This document shows positions 58,201-64,000 of a stretch of DNA of 64,000 bases, one piece after another (position 1 is the stretch's first letter; every line of letters starts with the position of its first letter). The stretch comes from a virus (taxonomy: Duplodnaviria > Caudoviricetes). The stretch covers positions 1 through 64,000 of IMG/VR virus record IMGVR_UViG_3300009169_000019. One strand, 5' to 3'. Position numbers and translations under genes: made by a program. The notes beneath the pieces were generated by a model. That model did no database searches, was not told the origin of the DNA, and worked only from the letters and a program-made list of their open reading frames with translations.

Positions 58201-60669
58201 ATAATTAGATGATATTGTTCTTGTAAAACAATCCCCATTTACACCTAATATATTTTTAGAATCATCTACAATACCGGGATTAGGCATTGCTGAATTTAAT
58301 TTCATAATTATATATGGATTTCTATATAAATTATTTACAGAAAGTCCGTCAAATGATTGCACACTATCTTTTATATATCCATAATCAGATGTTGAAATTG
58401 TACTTGTTGTTGGGTTAAATGAGTTGTAAAATCCATGTGAATTAAACTGTGCGGCTAATTGCTCAGGTCCAATTAATGATGTAACAAGTTCTGCTAATTT
58501 TTGTCCATTTGCTTTTAATCCTACAGCAATTTGCCATGCAGCTGTTATCACTGTATTTGCAAAAATTCTAGCAATATATGATGCATTTCCAAATGTGTCT
58601 GGAGCTGAACCTATATTTACACCTAGTGTTAAATTATAAGGCATATCTGAATTACCTTGAACAGTAATTGGTTCAGCACCTAAAGCAGCACTAAGAGTTT
58701 GAAATGCAGCTACTGTAATTGCAAAAATATTAACTAAATCAGCACTACGTTGACCAAGCAATTTAAATTCTGGATGTTTATATGGAGCAGAATAACATCC
58801 AGACATTTGTCCATATGTATATCCATATATTCTTAAATTAAATGCACCTATGTATGGATTTTGAAATGTTGTGTCTGGTGAATGAAATGTTGCATAATTT
58901 GTTAATGCAGTCATTCCAACAGCACTTTCATAAAACGGATCTATTGTACTAATATCATTATAAGGATAGTTTTGCATTAAAACTTGTTGTCCTGTAGGAT
59001 TACTTGTTTTAGCATCTATAATATTGTATATCTCCATGTTGTTAACCATACCTTTGGCAATAACAGACTTATATCCTTCTCTCGAACCCCTTAATATTTC
59101 ATATCCAACTATTGAATCTATTATATTTCCATTAATATCTTTAGGAGCTGTAATACCTTCAAATGATACACCAAGCACTCTAATCTTACCACCACCATTT
59201 GTAAAATGATTATCCAATGCATTATCAGGAAACTTATGATGTCTTATATTTTTTCCACATAAATCAAATGAACCATTACCAGTGCTGTTAGGTTGATTCC
59301 ATACAACAGGATTATCATCAGGATATTTTTCTGTAGATTGCCAATATCCCATATATCCTGTTTTAACTAAAATACCACCATCGAGTTGTAACAAATTGGG
59401 AGATGCAGTAATTGTTGCAGTGTTTTTAGTTTGCCAGTTGGTATCGTTTATACCACTGTAATTAATAGGTCTACCGGGAATATGATAAGATGCAGATCTA
59501 TCCCCAGTATTATATATCCATCTTATAAAAAATGAATACACCTCATCTCTCATGTATCCAACATTAGAACCAGCTTTATGATAATAATCTTCAGGATATT
59601 CTACGGAATTCCACTTTGAAATAATTTTATTAGCTTGTGGTTGATAGTTAAAATCAGATTTTGTATATGGACCAACTCTTAACAAATAATTATTTAAAGG
59701 AAAGATTCCATCTGATTTATCAATTGCTGGTGTAATCAAAGGAATATTAGAAATTGGAATATTAACTAATGTAGGATCTATACTATCAATATAAATAGTG
59801 GATTGTCTTGTAGAATATACACCAAGTTGTTTTGCTACTGTTTGTGAATTGACAATAGAAATTACAACCACCTCCATTTCAGTAAAATCCGGATCTGTAT
59901 TAGATACACTCAGCTTAATAGCTCCACCTACACCACTATGACTCCATATAGATACAGGATTAGAAACCATAAGATAGTCCGTCACTTTGATTTGATTAAT
60001 CATATAAGCAATAGCCACTTGATATGTACCATTTTGTAATGTTCCAGACCCACTTCCTTTTTCAACTCGTAAACATGGTGTGTTTAATAATGGAGCAAGT
60101 CTTAATTGTTCACAATTTAATTGTGTAGTGTCTGTACATGTAACACAACCTGTAGGAGAACCTGCTGGCCAAATTCCTGGAGGATTTGATATGCTGACAT
60201 TGTTATCATCAACGCAAACTTGTTTCCAAGGAATATTATTAATATCCATCACTCTATCTGGATTATTTCCATCAGACCAATATATTTTTTCTGAACAATC
60301 AAATGTTCTTCTTGAAGCCCCTGTTATTAAATGCTTGGTATTAAAACTTAAACAATCATCATTAACCAATGTTGTATAAGTGCAAGTTAATTCATTAAAA
60401 ATACCTATCTCAGAATTAACATCATTTGTAGTAAATATTGCCCATCTATTTTCGTCTAAAGAAATGCAACCAATTAATGTATATGGAAGATTAACACAAA
60501 AAAGATTGGAAGGTTCATTACCTACTACGCCAACCTGACCATCATGAGAATTATTAACTAAATTCCTAGCATGTGTCCATTGCCCTTCGCCAATAAAAGT
60601 ATCATTAGGATCTTTAAGCATCCCTTTGGTAAACGAATTCAGTTGATTTGGTGTTTCTTTATTTGCCAT
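55279..60669 (-). CDS. Tail stabilisation/muzzle protein (P22 gp10-like, crAss-type)
   Basis: N-terminal FTKGMLKD..W..ARN, GYMRDEVYSF, WTISY..WISFHDW; beta-rich; follows the ring-protein genes. Confidence 0.8.
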   Translation of the reverse strand: MANKETPNQLNSFTKGMLKDPNDTFIGEGQWTHARNLVNNSHDGQVGVVGNEPSNLFCVNLPYTLIGCISLDENRWAIFTTNDVNSEIGIFNELTCTYTTLVNDDCLSFNTKHLITGASRRTFDCSEKIYWSDGNNPDRVMDINNIPWKQVCVDDNNVSISNPPGIWPAGSPTGCVTCTDTTQLNCEQLRLAPLLNTPCLRVEKGSGSGTLQNGTYQVAIAYMINQIKVTDYLMVSNPVSIWSHSGVGGAIKLSVSNTDPDFTEMEVVVISIVNSQTVAKQLGVYSTRQSTIYIDSIDPTLVNIPISNIPLITPAIDKSDGIFPLNNYLLRVGPYTKSDFNYQPQANKIISKWNSVEYPEDYYHKAGSNVGYMRDEVYSFFIRWIYNTGDRSASYHIPGRPINYSGINDTNWQTKNTATITASPNLLQLDGGILVKTGYMGYWQSTEKYPDDNPVVWNQPNSTGNGSFDLCGKNIRHHKFPDNALDNHFTNGGGKIRVLGVSFEGITAPKDINGNIIDSIVGYEILRGSREGYKSVIAKGMVNNMEIYNIIDAKTSNPTGQQVLMQNYPYNDISTIDPFYESAVGMTALTNYATFHSPDTTFQNPYIGAFNLRIYGYTYGQMSGCYSAPYKHPEFKLLGQRSADLVNIFAITVAAFQTLSAALGAEPITVQGNSDMPYNLTLGVNIGSAPDTFGNASYIARIFANTVITAAWQIAVGLKANGQKLAELVTSLIGPEQLAAQFNSHGFYNSFNPTTSTISTSDYGYIKDSVQSFDGLSVNNLYRNPYIIMKLNSAMPNPGIVDDSKNILGVNGDCFTRTISSNYGAIKVDFASQYGQIDSIRQIPISSCVYTINEVPILFGGDIYLNRYTEKNNYLYFNDWLIEQPEDVTYNYLQYQNIVGTYYFVDNRKQYVDNSILISPKKYYRLNKGGTIVGKDYNGDPGWKVDAANFYLFCNGVRDFFVESEVNVGYRDWEDEASKRFYDPYGYTDLVTLFRSDYVKFSAFYKYDYSLSVSRMYNQFVTWGQVLPRSFNPLVAATCYTYYPRRIQYSLPQQEELKRDNWQSFLVNNYKDMPTKVTSVKQINKTGALIMLDRQSPMQIMGVDSLQTDTGIKVTIGDGGLFNQPLQSLVNSDQIYEYGSCQSRWGITSTPYGVFYVSQDQGKIFAYTGQLEEISKSNMKWWFSRYLPLQLINYFPNFNLSDNPVIGAGITTVYDNINEVVYFSKRDYIPKRNDIQYDPAFGFYLNNGNINVNVEPLYTYDCPSGYQYINGQCQQVTTEPPVISTTNYSTEPLGSVTYGTLGTALYDLGYNGSAVGTYTNIGQLNNFWINDTGTSSDGPVNYLMIKTTATSGIPNDTITYNIYLNNVPNEKIYYVAICSYSVDPTTAYTNFRITLNGQVILDPDLAAMNADSRLPGSSGDDVSNTYLHIYPIQITEVNNTLKLEGSYEGFGAALIDNTQFEILNATSFSDLNVIFTTNDKSEFIDYEYTCSGAGVLEYTYGVEEPVCVYTLTESLEYNTEILPPVSVFSKIPISLCDPAYFEDASWTISYDVKNKQWISFHDWHPTFMLPSKRHFYTAYKTCFQTQTGLWRHNDRWDDFCNFYGTYHPFEIEYAFPTGTTVTTMRNVEYYLEAYKYSANGQDKFHLLDYNFDSAIVYNSEQISGLLNLNLKSKSNPFQYLNYPIINPTGSTEILFSKEEQKYRFNQFNDITKDRGEFSGVENILITTFPNGYNWFVNPFSVDYYKLSTQKKKFRHNVSKVLLRKNPPEIRKEGVDGRGDIKMIFKFINTKLQISQK

Positions 60670-60670
60670 C

Positions 60671-61024
60671 TTACTTAATTTCTAATTTCTTTTTTTTAAT
60701 AAAAGAATATGCTTGTTCAGTAAGAAAACCACATAGCCAAGCTTGTGTTTCTTCATCTACAACATCTCTGTCTTCTGTTATTCTAACTACAGCATGATAA
60801 ATTTCGTGTGCAATTGTGTTATGTGAAAGATATTTCTGTTCTATAATTAAATAATAAGACTCCATTTCAGCACTAATCAATATTCCTTCTAATTCATAAT
60901 CATTATTTGAAGTAACATTATATTTTTTGTAAACCTTATCTACTTCTTTTTTTATATTATCAGAAATAATAAATTGTAATTTACAATTAAATGTTTCAAT
61001 ATTTATTATCTTTTTAACTATCAT
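60671..61024 (-). CDS. Small HExxH metalloprotease-like protein
   Basis: TIAHEIYHAV...EETQAWLCG. Confidence 0.7.
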   Translation of the reverse strand: MIVKKIINIETFNCKLQFIISDNIKKEVDKVYKKYNVTSNNDYELEGILISAEMESYYLIIEQKYLSHNTIAHEIYHAVVRITEDRDVVDEETQAWLCGFLTEQAYSFIKKKKLEIK

Positions 61025-61908
61025 TACAAATTTATATAATATGATTTAAACATATTGTAATACTTACCGTACATTGCTTCTCTGTTCATTTTCCAAACAT
61101 TATACATTTCTTTAAAGTCAGGAGTATTTACAATAGTGAGAGCATTGTTTCTTGCAGGTCTCATTCTTTGTTCAACCAATTGCATTCTTTGTGTAACATC
61201 TTCACCATTCATGTATAGATTTTCAAGAATACGTTGTTTAATCGCATATTCATAATATTCATTAATCATAGGATGATCTAATACAAGAAGATTACCATTC
61301 TCATCTTCTAAGTTACCCAAATAGTTTACATACACGGTACCTGTTTCAATTCCTATAACGTATAAATATCCATCTCTGAGTTCTGCTTCCATCCAATTGT
61401 CATATTCTGGTTTCTTAGAACATATAGGATCTACTGCTCTAGCAGGTCTTACCCAAAGTCTCTTAAACTCTCTAAATTCTCTTGTTAAATAATTTCTTTT
61501 TTCTATAACTTTTACATAAGTGTCTTCACAAACTACATAAGTACTTTCACAAGCACATGTAGATTCAGGTTCTTTGCAAGTATTACAACATGTTGCTGTT
61601 GGTTCTACTATAACATTTTCTGTATGTCTTCCTTGCATCACTTCTTCTTTTACATGATAGTCAGCACAAAGAACAGCCATAGTAAGTACATAAAAATCAT
61701 CTGGAAGTTTAACTCTACCGTTTATGATTTCTAAAACTTTTTGTTTTTCAGTGTTAATTCTAAGTCCAAGATCATAATTAATTCTTTGTGCAACTTTAAT
61801 AAGTTGACCAGGCTCAATCATACCTTCCATTTCATAAGTGAAAAAGTCAGTGCGTACCTCATCCATTAACTCATCAAATGTTCTATATTTTACAAATGTG
61901 TTTGCCAT
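61024..61908 (-). CDS. Tail ring/tubular protein (crAss-like)
   Basis: GRVKLPDDF, GTVYVNYLG..DENGNLLV.DHP..YYEYAIK; position before the muzzle gene. Confidence 0.7.
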   Translation of the reverse strand: MANTFVKYRTFDELMDEVRTDFFTYEMEGMIEPGQLIKVAQRINYDLGLRINTEKQKVLEIINGRVKLPDDFYVLTMAVLCADYHVKEEVMQGRHTENVIVEPTATCCNTCKEPESTCACESTYVVCEDTYVKVIEKRNYLTREFREFKRLWVRPARAVDPICSKKPEYDNWMEAELRDGYLYVIGIETGTVYVNYLGNLEDENGNLLVLDHPMINEYYEYAIKQRILENLYMNGEDVTQRMQLVEQRMRPARNNALTIVNTPDFKEMYNVWKMNREAMYGKYYNMFKSYYINL

Positions 61909-61910
61909 TT

Positions 61911-62603
61911 TTATCTTGATATATTTTTATTATCTTGGGTGTTATCTGTAGGTATCTGTAGCATAATACCAAGATCTTTCATAACATTAGACTCTATTTC
62001 ACCATACAAATAATCAGGAACATTAAATGCAGAATCTTGTCTAGATGCACAATTGTATTCTTGGTTTTCATTACATGTAATACATTTATACTTAGATATA
62101 TCATCTTCAAACACTCCTTCTATTCTTACACTAGGCCATATAATATCTGGAAAATATAAATGATCATTTAAATACCAATAATAATTTGTTTTGTTATATT
62201 TAAAATTTTTAGAATTAGACATTTGTACATACTGTGTAGGACTAATTGGTTGTAAATCAATTTGACCATCTAAAGAAGTCACTTGTCTAATAAGTGGTCC
62301 CCAATACCCTTGCATAAAAATTGGAATATTTTCTTTTGTTCTCATAACTGTTATATTAGTTTTTAAACCAGTACAACCTGCTTCTATCCTATCTATCTCA
62401 ATTAATTCAACATTATCAAGTGTTTGCATAATTGAATTAAATTTCATAAGATTACTTTTAGAATCTTCTCTTTTCATTAACCACTTTGCATGTTTAGAAA
62501 CAATGCTATAAAGAAATCTGTCCGTAAGAAATGCATCCTGACGAACTGCTTTTATTTGGTTTCTAACCCTTGATAATACTTCTCCAATTGTTGTCTTGCT
62601 CAT
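61911..62603 (-). CDS. Tail ring protein (crAss-like)
   Basis: TIGEVLSRVRNQIK..D..LTDR, YYWYLNDHLYFP, IEGVFED. Confidence 0.7.
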   Translation of the reverse strand: MSKTTIGEVLSRVRNQIKAVRQDAFLTDRFLYSIVSKHAKWLMKREDSKSNLMKFNSIMQTLDNVELIEIDRIEAGCTGLKTNITVMRTKENIPIFMQGYWGPLIRQVTSLDGQIDLQPISPTQYVQMSNSKNFKYNKTNYYWYLNDHLYFPDIIWPSVRIEGVFEDDISKYKCITCNENQEYNCASRQDSAFNVPDYLYGEIESNVMKDLGIMLQIPTDNTQDNKNISR

Positions 62604-62613
62604 TTTATTATTA

Positions 62614-63198
62614 TTATGTCATATCAAATTCATCATAGCTTTCCATTAATAATTCAGTTTCTTTATCTTTTTTGTCTGTAAAGACTTGTTTTCTGAATAA
62701 TCTTGAAACTCTAGCCATATTGTCAACAACAACATATTTCTTCCATTCGGTAGGATATGTTTTGCTGACAGTTCTTTTAAAATCTCTTAATGCAGTAAAA
62801 CCCCACACTTCGTGAAATTTAAATCTGTATTTAGTTTCAAAATTTGTGTAAAATATTTTAGCTAAAAGCTGGTCAGATTCCCAATTTTGATGCTGCACTT
62901 TTACACCGTATTTTAAAGAGCTTTTTACATCGGTGTTTTGTCTTTTTTTCTTTTGACATGTACCAATGAATACATACCCAAGTTGTTCTAGTAGCTCCAG
63001 TCCATCTCTTTTTTCTATCACAGTCTTCCACAAATTTTCATTAAAAGTTTTAACAACTTCTTTAATTTGCTTATCTGTTAGATTTTTATATTCTTCTTTT
63101 TTTTCTCTGATTTTATTACAAAATTCAGCGTTTAGAATATTATATCTTTTAGCCCTATATCTAGGTGCATTAAGATCTGGCTTATTATAACTAGTCAT
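62614..63198 (-). CDS. IHF/HU-like DNA-binding protein (crAss-like)
   Basis: QIKEVVKTFNE.L...VI....GLEL..LGY..I pattern; basic; precedes the ring genes. Confidence 0.6.
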   Translation of the reverse strand: MTSYNKPDLNAPRYRAKRYNILNAEFCNKIREKKEEYKNLTDKQIKEVVKTFNENLWKTVIEKRDGLELLEQLGYVFIGTCQKKKRQNTDVKSSLKYGVKVQHQNWESDQLLAKIFYTNFETKYRFKFHEVWGFTALRDFKRTVSKTYPTEWKKYVVVDNMARVSRLFRKQVFTDKKDKETELLMESYDEFDMT

Positions 63199-63205
63199 TA
63201 CTGGG

Positions 63206-63220
63206 TATATTATAATTTAC
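63206..63220 (-). promoter_or_regulatory. Candidate late-promoter motif, copy 4 (GTAAATTATAATATA)
   Basis: Intergenic, 7 nt before the IHF-like gene; one base shorter than the other copies. Confidence 0.5.
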
Positions 63221-63258
63221 GTAATTTTTAATTATTTTCCTATTTAAACTTTTAATAT

Positions 63259-63999
63259 TTAAAATAATATTTTATGTTCAAATATTCTATCAGTATTTTT
63301 TTCTACAATATCAAATGAACATCCAGCTTTTGTAGGTCCAAAGTTTGTTCCAATCCATTTAGAACCTCCAAACAAAGACAATGCATTTCTATATCTGAAG
63401 TTATATGATTGTTCTGAAGTGTTTTTATGAAGATCACCTTTTATAAAACTTACATAAGAAACATCTGGATCTATTCTATTATACATTAAGTATTTATTAA
63501 TGTAATTCTCTGTCTTATCATTAAGATGAAGAGGAAGTCCGTGTTTCATATCTTCTGTATCTTTTCCATGAGATAACAAGAACACGTGTTTACCATAATA
63601 AATATGATCTATAAACTTCTCTTGTACAGATGTTTTAACATAGGGATATTTTGCATTAACATAAATCTCAAGTGCTCTACTTACCATGTAGTCAAATATG
63701 CCACCATGATTAGAACATGCGTTTGATATAATGTGATAGCTTTCTGCATAATCACTTGTAAATACAACATCATAAAAGTTTTTTTCTACAGTAAGAACAT
63801 TTTCAAATGCTTCTTTATCTGTCATATTTTGTGGCAGTTTATGCCCACCTCTAGTAGTTTGAGCATTCATACCATCCATTCTATCTCCAAGATCTATAAT
63901 GTATATATCACTAAATCTTTTATAAAGGTTGTGCAGATATTGTATTTCATACAACACATTATACATCCTAGATTTAAATGTTAAAAAATTGTAATTGTT
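63259..63999 (-). CDS. Calcineurin-like metallophosphoesterase, 5'-truncated by the window edge
   Basis: DLGD.MDG, SNHG, LSHGKD, KGDLH; frame stays open upstream of 63966 to the edge (NNYNFLTFKSR-M). Confidence 0.8.
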   Translation of the reverse strand, partial: NNYNFLTFKSRMYNVLYEIQYLHNLYKRFSDIYIIDLGDRMDGMNAQTTRGGHKLPQNMTDKEAFENVLTVEKNFYDVVFTSDYAESYHIISNACSNHGGIFDYMVSRALEIYVNAKYPYVKTSVQEKFIDHIYYGKHVFLLSHGKDTEDMKHGLPLHLNDKTENYINKYLMYNRIDPDVSYVSFIKGDLHKNTSEQSYNFRYRNALSLFGGSKWIGTNFGPTKAGCSFDIVEKNTDRIFEHKILF

Positions 64000-64000
64000 C

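Noticed and set aside
20000-63984. Numerous 60-130 aa plus-strand ORFs opposite the large genes, and similar antisense ORFs elsewhere
   Set aside because: Shadow ORFs antisense to long coding genes, with F/L/S/I-rich composition and no motifs.
1-64000. Stop-codon reassignment as seen in some crAss-like phages
   Set aside because: Standard-code ORFs tile the window densely, including 5012 aa uninterrupted; the gene breaks examined end in TAA.
1-64000. tRNA genes, CRISPR arrays, integrase, reverse transcriptase/DGR
   Set aside because: No cloverleaf, repeat-spacer array or relevant catalytic motifs seen; intergenic gaps are very short. Inspection was by eye only.

Overview
AT-rich 64 kb segment of a crAss-like (Crassvirales-type) phage of a Bacteroidota host, read in the standard genetic code. 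Left, minus strand (1-5.5 kb): a CpG-richer Ig-like/lectin-like fibre gene, a GH19 endolysin and six small membrane or secreted proteins. Plus strand (5.6-19.9 kb): replication and nucleotide module with a DnaA-domain-IV-like protein, DnaB helicase, AAA ATPase, primase, HNH, PD-(D/E)XK nuclease, family B DNA polymerase, dNMP kinase, dCTP deaminase and an SPL-like radical SAM protein. Minus strand (19.9-64 kb): giant virion cargo proteins including a 5012-aa virion RNA polymerase (DFDID), a muzzle/stabilisation protein, ring proteins, an IHF-like protein and a phosphoesterase. Capsid, portal and terminase are not in the window. Three observations stand out. (1) The three consecutive giant cargo proteins (5012+700+1762 aa) appear by eye to hold only four cysteines, all at the termini that face each other, suggesting head-to-tail covalent coupling. 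(2) One of these junctions splits a single domain and houses a GIY-YIG endonuclease, a fractured gene with no intron or intein. (3) Three other cargo proteins are built as cassette arrays delimited by [YFM]xxGG motifs, suggesting processed polyproteins. All family calls come from motif recognition by eye; no searches were run.
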